Below are positions 54,199 through 64,000 of a stretch of 64,000 bases of DNA, piece by piece. Under the pieces are notes generated by a model. That model made no database searches and was not told where the DNA came from. It saw nothing but the letters and a program-made list of their open reading frames with translations. Within the stretch, counting starts at the first letter, position 1. Every line of letters begins with the position of its first letter. This stretch comes from an uncultured Verrucomicrobiae bacterium (lineage in GTDB: Bacteria > Verrucomicrobiota > Verrucomicrobiia > Palsa-1439): positions 96,001-160,000 of the forward strand of contig CAWEWF010000014.1 of assembly GCA_963812605.1 (NCBI GenBank), in the 5' to 3' direction. The position numbers and the translations under genes were made by a program.

Positions 54199-56444
54199 AT
54201 GTCCCGCCAATATGGGACTATTCAGTTGGTGAACTCGCAATTTCAAAGCGTCGGAGCCGTCCGAAAACTCACAAGGCGCGGCAACATTCTCGATTTTCAC
54301 TGCGAGCATGGACGGGTTCGCATCGCAATTCTCAGCGACGGCATTGTGCGCGTGCGCGCGACACAAGCCGGCGAGTTCGGTCCAAACTTTTCGTATGCGG
54401 TCGCGAAGAAAAAATGGTCGAAGGTGACGGCAACGGTTCGGGATGGCAAAGTGGTCACCCTGCGCACGAAGAAGCTGTTGGTGACCATCGCCAAAGCGCC
54501 GTTACGAATCGAGTTCGCCGGGGCCGACGGCACGGCATTGAATGGCGACCAGCAAGCGCACGGGATGGGGTGGGAAGGGACGAAGTGTCGCAGCCATCGA
54601 TAGCTCGCGGCGACGAGATGTTCTGTTGCGGCGAGAAGACCAGCCCGTTCAACAAGCGCGGCTCGAAGACGACGTTCTGGAATGAGGACGATCCAAATCA
54701 CACATACCTGTCCGAGGCCATTTACGTTTCAATTCCCTTTTTGATCTCCATCAGGCCCGGTGCGCATTACGGCATCTTTTGGGACAACACACATCGGACG
54801 CAGTTCAACCTGGGGCAGGTTGCGGACGAGAGGCATTACATCCTCGAATCCGACGCGGGCGAGGTCGATTACTATTTTTTTGCCGGGCGACTCGGTGCAC
54901 GACGTGGTGCGCGGTTACGCGCAATTGACCGGAAGGATGTGGATGCCGCCGCGATGGGCGCTTGGCTTTCAGCAGTGCCGCTGGAGCTATATGAGCGCTG
55001 AGGAGATCATGGACCTCGCGAGGAATTTCCGTAAACGGAAGATCCCTTGCGATGTCATCTATTGCGACATCGATTACATGGACGGTTACCGTGTATTTAC
55101 GTGGAACCCCAGGACGTTCCCCCAACCGCGCAAGATGATCCAGGGTCTTGCCCGGTCCGGTTTCAAACTCGTTACGATCATCGATCCCGGTGAAGAACGA
55201 CAGCAAGTATGCTGTGTGCCGCGACGGGCGTGAGAAGGGGATGTTCGTGAAAAAACCGGAAGGCGGGTGGTTCACCGGCGACGTGTGGCCTGGCGAGTGC
55301 CTGTTTCCGGATTTTACCAGCCCGCGCGTGCGGCAATGGTGGGGACCGTGGCATAAAGAATTGCTGGACGTTGGCGTGGCGGGGATCTGGGATGACATGA
55401 ACGAGCCGTGGTACGGAATTATCCCGGCGGCACCATGCCGCTCGATATCGCGCACGATTACGATGGCCAGCCGACCACGCACGCCCGCGCCCACAATGCT
55501 GTACGGTTTCAATATGGCGCGCGCCTGCCATGAGGCCCTGCGCAAATTGCAGCCGAGGCAGCGACCTTTCGTGATCACCCGCGCGGCCTACGCCGGATTC
55601 AGCGCTATTCGATGGTCTGGACCTGCGACAACCAGAGCTTGTGGGAGCAATTGGCAGTCAGCATTCCCGAATGCCTGAACCTCAGCCTCTCCGGCGTCCC
55701 TTTCTGCGGTCCCGATGTCGGCGGCTTCGGCGGCAACTGTACGGGAGAACTGCTCGCGCGGTGGACGCAGGCCGGGGCGTTTTTTCCATTTTTCCGTAAC
55801 CATACCGCGTTGCATACGCGACGGCAGGAACCCTGGGCGTTTGGCAGGAAGGTGGAGGATGTTTGCCTGTGCTACATCAGCCTGCGCTACCAGCTTCTGC
55901 CGTATTTTTATAATCTTTTCCATGAAGCGACGGCAAGCGCAGCGCCCATCATGCGGCCCCTGTTTTGGGAATTCCCCGACGATCCCCACGGCTACGCAGT
56001 GGATGACCAGTTTCTTCTCGGCGCGTCATTGCTTGTCGCACCCATTATCAAGTTGGGAGCACGCCAGCGCGCGGTCTATCCGCCGGCCGGAGCGACTGGT
56101 ACGACTATTGGACGAAACAAAAACATGCTGGCGGCCAGTACGTGACGGCACCTGCGCCGTTCGACATGCTGCCACTTTTCGTGCGCGCGGGTTCGATTAT
56201 TCCCATGACCAAACCGGTGCAGTTCGTTGGCCGAAAATCAAGCGGGGAGATTATTCTCGATGTTTATCCGGGAAAAAGACCGCCGGTGATCTCTACGAAG
56301 ACGACGGCGAAAGTTTTAACTACGAACGGGGCGCATATTCCCTGACGCATTTTTCGTGGTCGGACGACAGGTTGAAAGTGGACAAGCAGAAAACCGGTCA
56401 ACAAATCAGCGGCGAAGAAGTATCGAACTATCGTCGCGAGATAA
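54199..56444 (+). CDS. GH31 alpha-glucosidase; multiple frameshifts
   Basis: PPRWALGFQQCRWSY, DIDYMDGYRVFTW, GIWDDMNEP, WTCDN, GPDVGGF, PFFRNH, PIMRPL. Confidence 0.9.
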
Positions 56445-56979
56445 ATGGATTATCTTTGATGTAAAAGCGCAGGCGCCTCTTCGCCCAGTGCCTCGCGTAA
56501 TCCACACCGATCCGCGGTCGTTTGACGATTGCGAAAGGATCGGTCCTGCGTGGCGCAGCGATATAAAAATCGTCACTTAACAGGTCGTGCGCGTTGAGAC
56601 GCTTGTCGATGCGCAACGCATTACAGAGCAGACCGGGGCCCTGGGTTCGTCCTTTGAGATTCTTCACCGGCTCGACGGCTCTCAATAGGACAGCCGATGC
56701 GTGACCTTCGCGCTCGGTTACGACGTTCATACAATAGTACATCCCGTAGATCAGGTAAACATACGCGTGGCCGGGAGGTCCAAACATCACTATTGTTCGG
56801 TCGGTTTTTCCCCGGGCCGAATGCGCGGCCAAATCATGCGGCCCGAGGTACGCCTCGACTTCCACAATCCTGCCGATACGCTCCAGCCCGCGCGATTCAT
56901 GCACCAAATATTTCCCAAGTAATTCGCGGGCGACCACGATGGTCTCGCGGTCGTAGAAGGCGCGCGGCAGTTTTCGCAT
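56428..56979 (-). CDS. mpg: 3-methyladenine DNA glycosylase (MPG/AAG family)
   Basis: GRIVEVEAYLG, MFGPPGHAYVYLIYGMYYCMN, AVLLRAVEP, GPGLLC, RIGV. Confidence 0.95.
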   Translation of the reverse strand: MRKLPRAFYDRETIVVARELLGKYLVHESRGLERIGRIVEVEAYLGPHDLAAHSARGKTDRTIVMFGPPGHAYVYLIYGMYYCMNVVTEREGHASAVLLRAVEPVKNLKGRTQGPGLLCNALRIDKRLNAHDLLSDDFYIAAPRRTDPFAIVKRPRIGVDYARHWAKRRLRFYIKDNPFISRR

Positions 56980-56999
56980 GGCGACGCGGCGGATGGCGG

Positions 57000-57590
57000 T
57001 CATCCGATTTCCGCTGCATCAAGATCGACCAGCCGAGTGGACAGAAGCCGCTCTCGTTGGTAGTGAAGCGGAACTCGCGCAGTTCGAGGATGTCGAACAG
57101 CGGCCCAGTCGTCCCGCATTTCCGGCTCGCTGACTACGGGCGGTCCCGTCGTATCTTCCTTGGAATTACCAGCCAGGCTCAACCACCAACTGCCGGTGCG
57201 CGTTGCGCGCTTGAGAAATTGCTGAAAGGCTTTCAGGTCTTCGGTTCGCAGGCAATGATACACGCCCCGGTCAAAAAGCATGTCGTACGGCCCACCCGGA
57301 TTGTCTCGCAGGGTATCGGCCACCCGAAAATCCACTGGCACCCCCGCGGCATGGGCCTTCTCGCGCGCGATCTGAATGGCCTGGTCGACGATGTCGGTCG
57401 CGGTGACCTGAAATCCGCGTCGTGCCAGCTCGATGGCATTGGTTCCCGTCCCACAACCGAAATCAAGGACTGTAGTCCCCGCAAGCTTCCCGTCATTCAA
57501 TATGCGGAGTAATTCTTCGCTTGGGGTTCCTGAATCCCAGGGCGTGTTTCCGCTCGCATATCTCTCGGCGAAATCAGGTTTCTCGGGCAT
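57000..57590 (-). CDS. Class I SAM-dependent methyltransferase (TPMT-like); frameshift near 3' end
   Basis: PWDSGTP, VLDFGCGTGTNA, FDRGVYH. Confidence 0.88.
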   Translation of the reverse strand: MPEKPDFAERYASGNTPWDSGTPSEELLRILNDGKLAGTTVLDFGCGTGTNAIELARRGFQVTATDIVDQAIQIAREKAHAAGVPVDFRVADTLRDNPGGPYDMLFDRGVYHCLRTEDLKAFQQFLKRATRTGSWWLSLAGNSKEDTTGPPVVSEPEMRDDWAAVRHPRTARVPLHYQRERLLSTRLVDLDAAEIG

Positions 57591-57606
57591 GCTGATGTCC
57601 ACTAAA

Positions 57607-57770
57607 GGTACTGATACGTTTTCGAGAATTCCATGTCACCCTGAGCGAAGCGAAGGGTCTCACTATACTGTTGGCGGGCGCGCAAAAAGAGAGATTCTTC
57701 GCTTCGCTCAGAATGACAGAGCGAAGAAAGTTTCGGTGATTTCGAATAATGTTCAAAACGTGCCAGTACC
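57607..57770. repeat. Nested palindromic repeat element (MITE/REP-like)
   Basis: Outer IR ggtactgatacgtttt / aaaacgtgccagtacc; inner IR tgtcaccctgagcgaagcgaagggtctc / gagattcttcgcttcgctcagaatgaca. Confidence 0.8.
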
Positions 57771-57798
57771 CCACTCAAAGGCCATTCGACAGCCTGGT

Positions 57799-58404
57799 TT
57801 ACTTCTGCTCTGCCGCCTGTTTCACCACCTCGGCGTTGATCTGGATCGTGACATCCTCGCCGACCATGAGGCCGCCGGCTTCAATGGCTTTATTCCATGT
57901 CAGGCCATAATCCTTGCGATTGAGCTTGGCGTTTATTTCGAGTCCCATGACGGAGCCGCCCATCGGGCTCTTGATCGGGCCTTTGAGCGTGAAGGGAAGG
58001 GAAACATCTTTCGTCACGCCATGCATCGTGAACTTGCCGACCAGTGTCTGGTTATTCCCGTCCTTCTTGACTTCCGTGCTCTCGAACGTGATGGTCGGAA
58101 ACTTTTCGGCGTCGAAAAAATCAGGACTGCGCAGGTGATTGTCGCGTCTCTCGATATCCGTATCGATGCTCTTGGCCTGAATGGTCCCACTTGCTCCCTT
58201 CAGCGCGTTGCCGTTGTCCGGATCGACCGTGATCGTGCCCTCAAACTGGCGAAAACGCCCGTGGACCGTATTGACGACCATATGATCGATTGAAAAATTA
58301 ACGGAGGTGTGTGCGGGATCGACTTTGTACGTGTCCAGCGCCAGCGCGGTTGATCCGATCAAGGCGCTGACGCCCCAGATGGCGACGATGCGAACAATTC
58401 TCAT
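57799..58404 (-). CDS. YceI family periplasmic protein
   Basis: YKVDPAHTSVNF, RDNHLRSPDFFD...PTITF, LNRKDYGL. Confidence 0.93.
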   Translation of the reverse strand: MRIVRIVAIWGVSALIGSTALALDTYKVDPAHTSVNFSIDHMVVNTVHGRFRQFEGTITVDPDNGNALKGASGTIQAKSIDTDIERRDNHLRSPDFFDAEKFPTITFESTEVKKDGNNQTLVGKFTMHGVTKDVSLPFTLKGPIKSPMGGSVMGLEINAKLNRKDYGLTWNKAIEAGGLMVGEDVTIQINAEVVKQAAEQK

Positions 58405-58509
58405 GACGGCTCTCCTCTAGTTTATGTATTCCTATTAGTTCCGCCGGTAACGATCCCTGACAGCCCAACACACCGGAGCGTGGCATGAATTTCATGCCAA
58501 ATCAATCGC

Positions 58510-58933
58510 TTACTCTTCCAGTTTTGCGTCCATGGTAATGGTGGCTTTCAAGACGCGGGAAATTGGACAACCTGCCTTCGCATTATTGGCCGCCGTTTCA
58601 AACGCTGCGGCTGTTGCGCCGGGGACCTTCGCGCTGACATCGAGGTGCACAGCCGTGAGCGTCCAACCCGTCTCCAGTTTCTCCATGCTTACGGTCGCGG
58701 TCGTGGCGATCCGCTCTGCTTTCAGGTTCGCGCCGCCCAGTTGCCCGGAAAGCGCCATCGAGAAACAACCCGCATGCGCGGCGGCAATGACTCTCGGGGT
58801 TGGTCCCGATGCCGCTTTCAAACCGGGTACTGAATGAGTACTGCGCGTCTTTCAGTACGCCGCTGTCGGTCGAGATCGTGCCCTTGCCATCCTTCAACGC
58901 ACCCTGCCAAACCGCTGATGCTTTTCGTTTCAT
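58510..58933 (-). CDS. osmC: OsmC family peroxiredoxin; frameshift near 58793
   Basis: [43 protein letters not shown]. Confidence 0.92.
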
Positions 58934-59080
58934 GATTTCGATTCTCCGGAACAAGATGATGCTGTTTTATACGATCGTTTTCTCGACACCACCTTCAGCC
59001 CGCACGGGACCGACGCGTGGCTGGGGCCGCCCATTGACAAACACCCTGCTTTTTCCGTTGAGTTTCAGGTTCACCGTCGG

Positions 59081-59782
59081 TTACCAGGGAATCGGCTTTC
59101 TGTCGCGCAGGAACTGCCCCGTCAGATTACGCGGCGCCTCCGTGGCGAGCCAGGTCACGGTATCTGCGCCTTGTTGGACCGTGCGCGGGGCGTTCGCGCC
59201 GCCCATATCGGTCTTGACCCAGCCGGGGCACACGGAGTTTACCGAAATGCCTTTGTCACCCAACGCCGCGGCGAACTGGCGCGTGACCGCGTTAAGCGCC
59301 GTTTTGGAGATGCTGTAGGCTGGATAGGTGTTGCCCATATCGCTCAACTGGCCGAGGCCGCTGGACATGTTGACGACGCTTGCCCGCGGACTCTTCACGA
59401 GCAATGGCAGGAACGCCTGCGTCACGCGCAGCGGGCCGAGAGTGTTGGTCGTCAGTGTGCGCAGAAATACGTCGTCCGGGACTTCGTCGATGTTCTTCTT
59501 GTCTTCCATGATGGCGGCGTTGTTCACCAGTACGTCGAGGTGATCGAACTTTGCCGCCACGATACTCGCAGTGTTCTCAATGCTCGTGCGGTCGCTCACA
59601 TCAATTTCGACGAATTCGGCCGATGCGCCGCCTTTCTGGAGCGAAGCGGCCGCCTGTTTGCCAGCATCAGCTTTGCGCGCTCCCAGAAGCACGTGATAGC
59701 CCTTTTCCCCAAGTTGACGCGCGATCTCGTAGCCGATGCCTTTGTTCGCGCCCGTTACCAATGCAATTCTGTCCTTCGCCAT
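59081..59782 (-). CDS. Short-chain dehydrogenase/reductase (carbonyl reductase-like)
   Basis: [31 protein letters not shown]. Confidence 0.93.
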   Translation of the reverse strand: MAKDRIALVTGANKGIGYEIARQLGEKGYHVLLGARKADAGKQAAASLQKGGASAEFVEIDVSDRTSIENTASIVAAKFDHLDVLVNNAAIMEDKKNIDEVPDDVFLRTLTTNTLGPLRVTQAFLPLLVKSPRASVVNMSSGLGQLSDMGNTYPAYSISKTALNAVTRQFAAALGDKGISVNSVCPGWVKTDMGGANAPRTVQQGADTVTWLATEAPRNLTGQFLRDRKPIPW

Positions 59783-59907
59783 CCCGTATTCCTCCACAGA
59801 TGTTAATCCCAAAAAACAGGGTGAGCAATCCACGTCACCCGGCCGTGCGCTTAGGATGCCGTTACCGGGATTTCGATTCGCATTCCCGGCGCCAGTCCCA
59901 AAAACAA

Positions 59908-59941
59908 GGAGCCTGTCCCCGAAAAAGAGGGGACAGGCTCC
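59908..59941. terminator. Perfect 13-bp hairpin (terminator or REP-like)
   Basis: ggagcctgtcccc-gaaaaaga-ggggacaggctcc just downstream of the minus-strand coiled-coil gene. Confidence 0.7.
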
Positions 59942-59962
59942 CTGACGAAGCGCATCGAACAA

Positions 59963-61403
59963 CTATTGGCCGCTCTTGCTCTGGTTCAGATCGTGGCGGT
60001 GCAATTGGCCCTTCAATTCAGAATTCTGCTCCGCATACGTATCCAACAAGTTCCGCAGATACGAATTCTCGTTACGCAATTGCTTCATAACACGCACATC
60101 CGGGGCCTCGGCTGGGGCTTCGGAGGCGGCCTTCCTTTCCGCGGTGAGTTTTGCGCTGAGGTCCTTGTTCTCCTTCTCGAGTTCGTTGACACGAGCGCTG
60201 GCCTTCTTCCCCTTGTCCGCTTCGGCGCGGGTGGCGGCGAGTTCATCCTGCAGCTTTTTCAGTTCCGCCGAGTTATCAACCGGCACGGGTTTCGCGGCAA
60301 CAACGGCCGCCTTCTTATCGGCGGCGGCGAGCTTCGCGCTGAGGTCCTTATTCTGTTTCTCCAGGTCAGAAACCTGGCTGGCAGAATTCTTCGCCTGGCC
60401 GAGTTCTTTTTGCGTTTCCGCCAGTTGGGCGCGCAGGCTTTTGACTTCGCCGTTGTCAGCAACCGGTGCCGGCGCAACGGCGGGTTTGGCAGCGACTTGT
60501 TTCTTCAAGTCGGCGACCTCGGCTTTGGACTTGTCAAGTTCGGTGCGCAGGCTCTTGACTTCGCCGCTGTCAACCACAGGCGCAGCCGCAGGTTTAGCGG
60601 CGACCTGCTTCTTCAAGTCGGCTATTTCGGACTGCGATTTGTCGAGTTGAGCGCGCAGGTTCTTGACCTCGGAGGAATCTGCGGGCGCGATGTTCGTCTT
60701 CTTTTTCAGTGCTGCCAGCTTGGCGGTCAGATCCTTGTTCTGTTTCTCCAGATCGGCGGCGGCCTTGTGCGCCTTATCCGCATCGACATGGGCGTTGTCC
60801 GCTTCGGTCCGCAGTTTCTTTAACTCAGCAGTATCCGTCGGTGCCGGTGTAGCCAGCTTCGCGGCAACGGCCTTCTTTTCAGCGGCCGCCAGTTGCGCGC
60901 TCAAGTCCTTGTTCTGCTTCTGCAAGTCGGGAACCTGCGCGGCGGACTTCTTCGCCGCATCAGCTTCGGCGCGGGTCTTGTTCAATTCCGCCCGGAGCTT
61001 CTTCACTTCGGCGGAATCAGAGGGCGCGGCATTGACGGCCGAAGATCCCTTGTCAAAGTTTTGCGACGGCTCCGCAGACGCCTTTGGCGCCGTTGGGGCA
61101 GTCTTTACGGCCGGAGCAGGCGGCGGAGTGGTCGGTACTTGGACCACAGGCGTGACCACTGGTGCCACAGATGCCGCCGTAGCGGGGCAGGAGGCGGTTC
61201 GGGCAATTTCGTCTTGACCGCATCAAAACGAGATTGGCAGTCCTTCAGGCGGTACTCGACCATCTGCGGATTCCAGTCCGGCGCATTGATTCGAATGCTG
61301 TGCAAAATGCTGAGCGCAGACTGATAACTGCGGTACGCAGTCGCAAGGTCTGATTTCTCTTCAGCAGCCTGACCTTGTTCGACGAGAACAAAGGCATCCG
61401 CAT
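59963..61403 (-). CDS. Coiled-coil repeat protein; N-terminus frameshifted, start uncertain
   Basis: Repeats DLEKQNKDLSAKLAA and SxEVKxLRAxLxK; N-terminal PDWNPQMVEYRL fragment. Confidence 0.7.
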
Positions 61404-61617
61404 AGCGGGAACCGGGTCAGCGGCCCAGGCATATTTGGCAGGTACCGTGGCCGAAGGCACACAGTCGTCGCGAACAAAACTACTAGACGTTTCTTCATCA
61501 GGAAGCCTCCTTGCACAAGGCTATAGCGAAACGGGACACAGAATGCAACTATTTCGTTTCACCCGACCGTGACAGGGTGGCGCAACGATATCCTGCCGAA
61601 TCGCGCAACCGGGTTCA

Positions 61618-62084
61618 CTAGTGGTGATGTCCGCCGGGACCGTGAGCGTGGCCGTGGCTCAATTCCTCTTTTGTCGCCTCGCGGACTTCTGTGACCTCGA
61701 CATCGAAGGCCAGATCCATGAGCCAGCGGATGATTACCGTCAAGGGTGACATGGGTCTCGGTCACTTTCAAGGCGGTGACCACGGGCGAGTGTGAATCCT
61801 GTCCGGCACGGAAGCGGTCGCCCGCTTTGATGCCGCGGGTGGGCATCTGGTCCAACGGCACCTCAATGACGTTGTCCGGGTTTTTTCGCCGTAGGCATCC
61901 TTGGCCTTGACCTTGACGTGCTTCTTGTCCCCAACCTTCATTCCGCTCAACTGCGTTTCGAGTCCAGGAATGATCTGACCGACGCCTTGAGAAAAGTCAG
62001 CGGCTCGCCGCAGGCGGAAGAGTCGAGAATTTTGCCATCCGGATCCGTCAGCGTATAGTGGAATGAAATGATTGTTTGGCTCAC
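61618..62084 (-). CDS. slyD: FKBP-type peptidyl-prolyl isomerase SlyD; frameshifted
   Basis: [37 protein letters not shown], His-rich tail [12 protein letters not shown]. Confidence 0.9.
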
Positions 62085-62277
62085 GGTGGTTGACCTTTCT
62101 GTGATTCGTTCGGGCGGCACCCTACGATGGTTTGAGCGATTTGTCGAAGAAGAAAGCGACGGGGGAGCGGGGAAATTGATCGGTAGAACTCCACGATCTG
62201 TTCTCCAGCGAGCGTTCCTCCTTGAGTTTACCGCTGTGTATGGTTAGAATACAAACTCCGGCTGGGAGAGCTTTCTG

Positions 62278-64000
62278 ATGCTCATGACGCACTCCTCAAG
62301 AACCATTCCCGTAATTCTCGCAACATTATTACAAATTTGCTTCCCTGGGCACTGTCTTGCCAGTCCCCCGACCTCAACGAATGCAATTCTCTTTGTTACG
62401 CAGGTGCCGATGCCGACGGAGGTTAATGCACGAGAGATCACGGCGAGCGTTGTGAATGTTTCTTCGTCGTTTGGAAACCAGCTTGGTGACACCGCCTCCT
62501 GCGGGCGCGGTGGGGCGCCCTGGATCTGGTACCCCGACGGCTCGGTGACGAACCTCACGAGGCTCGCGGGTTATGGGGCTACGAACACGTTTCAGGGCGC
62601 GAATAGCATCGCCGTCCGCGAGCCAAGCGTCCATTGGGACGGGGCCAGGGCGCTGTTCAGCATGGTTGTTGGTGCGCCGAGCAACCAGACCGACCTCACC
62701 AAATTCTACTGGCAAATTTATGAGATCTCGAACTTTGCTGTGAAAGGCCAGACCCCGCTCATCACGTACGTGTCAAATCAGCCCACGAATTACAACAACG
62801 TCAGCCCTACATACGGCACGGATGGACGCATCATCTTTGCCAGTGACCGGCTACGCGACGGTTCGGCGTACCTGTATCCCCAGCGTGAAGAGTATTTGCA
62901 GTTGCCAACGGTATCGGGCCTGTGGAGTCTTGACTCACAATCGGGTGATTTGTTCCTGCTCGAACACTCACCATCGGGATCGTTCAAACCCTACGTGGAC
63001 AGCGTTGGCCGCGTCATTTTCACGCGTTGGGACCACCTCGCGCGCGACGCGGAAGCTTTGACGGACCGGAAGGGACGACCACGAATAACATGTTCACGTA
63101 CTCTGACGAATCCGCCAGCGGCGTGGTCACGACGAACATGGCAGAGGTGTTCCCCGAGCCGCGCTCGTCCGACAACGCCGCACTGGCAGGCACCAACATG
63201 CGGGGCAATGAGTTCAACCAGTTTTTCCCGTGGGCGATCGACGAGGACGGCACTGGGGAGGAAGTCGTCAACCACGTCGGGCGGCACGAACTGCTGCAGA
63301 CCGTACCCAGTTCGACATTCACGAACGACCCAAACATCGTCACGCTCGATCACACGCAGCGATTTAACACCAACTACGTGAGCAGCTTTTTCCCGTCGCG
63401 GGAAGACCCGAACACGCCCGGTCTATTCTACGGTGTTGACGCGGGCGACATCGGTACGCACAACGCCGGGCGGATTGTCACGTTGATGGCAAATATTAAC
63501 ACCAACCCTGATTTTATGGTGATCAACTATCTCACCGCGGCGGTGCTGCCATTCCAGCCGAATCCGGGGGGTCTCTACCGCAATCCGCTGCCGATGAGCA
63601 ACGGCGTGCTGGTCGCCATACACGCGGGGAACGCCACCAATCTGGACTCCAACGTCGGCACCCCCACCGCGCCAAAGTCGATGTACGATTTCCGCCTGAA
63701 GACACTCAAACCGTCCGGGGGCCTTTTCGTGCCTGATAAATTCCTCACGCCGGGCTTTACCAATACGTTCAGCTACTATGTTGGCTCCAATCTGGTCACA
63801 AGCAGTGGCGCTCTCTGGGAACTGGATCCTGTCGAAGTCGCTCCGCGTTCGATCCCGCCCAAACGGGTTGCGAGCGTACAAACCATCGAGGGACAGGTAT
63901 TCACAGAAGAAGGCGTCGATCTGCCCACGTTCCAGAATTACCTGCGCACGAACAATCTTGCGCTCGTCATCAGCCGCAACGCCACCGCCCGCGATCATGC
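62278..64000 (+). CDS. Secreted TolB/PD40-like beta-propeller protein (HzsA-related family), partial and frameshifted
   Basis: Signal peptide; AILFVTQVP, REPSVHWDG..ALFSM, YNNVSPTYGTDGRIIFASDR, GRVIFTRWDHL; runs off the window. Confidence 0.6.

Noticed and set aside
62278-64000. Anammox hydrazine synthase
   Set aside because: Only generic propeller similarity. No CxxCH haem motifs in the visible part and no hzsB/C neighbours; such homologues are widespread in non-anammox bacteria.

Overview
Chromosomal window of a GC-rich bacterium, most likely Verrucomicrobiota (inferred from a PEP-CTERM protein, C-terminal 'FYRV'-type secreted proteins and a nusA operon without rimP). Most of it is housekeeping: tsaC, purU, mutL, nusA-infB-rbfA-nrnA-truB-ribF, pgsA/pgpA, serA, malQ, bcp, nth, rpsO-pnp, typA, mpg, osmC, slyD, four tRNAs and several glycoside hydrolases. 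Three accessory or poorly characterised blocks stand out. (1) A MOBF relaxase-helicase/AlpA island abuts tRNA-Ser(GGA), with no integrase in the window. (2) A 1.4 kb element with a small HNH nuclease and hairpin-rich non-coding DNA is flanked by two 179-bp copies of the 5' part of a glutaredoxin gene, consistent with integration into grx with gene restoration. (3) An exbB-exbD-exbD-TPR operon has, in place of TonB, a membrane-anchored protein with a prenyltransferase/squalene-cyclase-like domain. Many genes, especially beyond 42 kb, are split by frameshifts that look like long-read indel errors, so boundaries of those genes are approximate.
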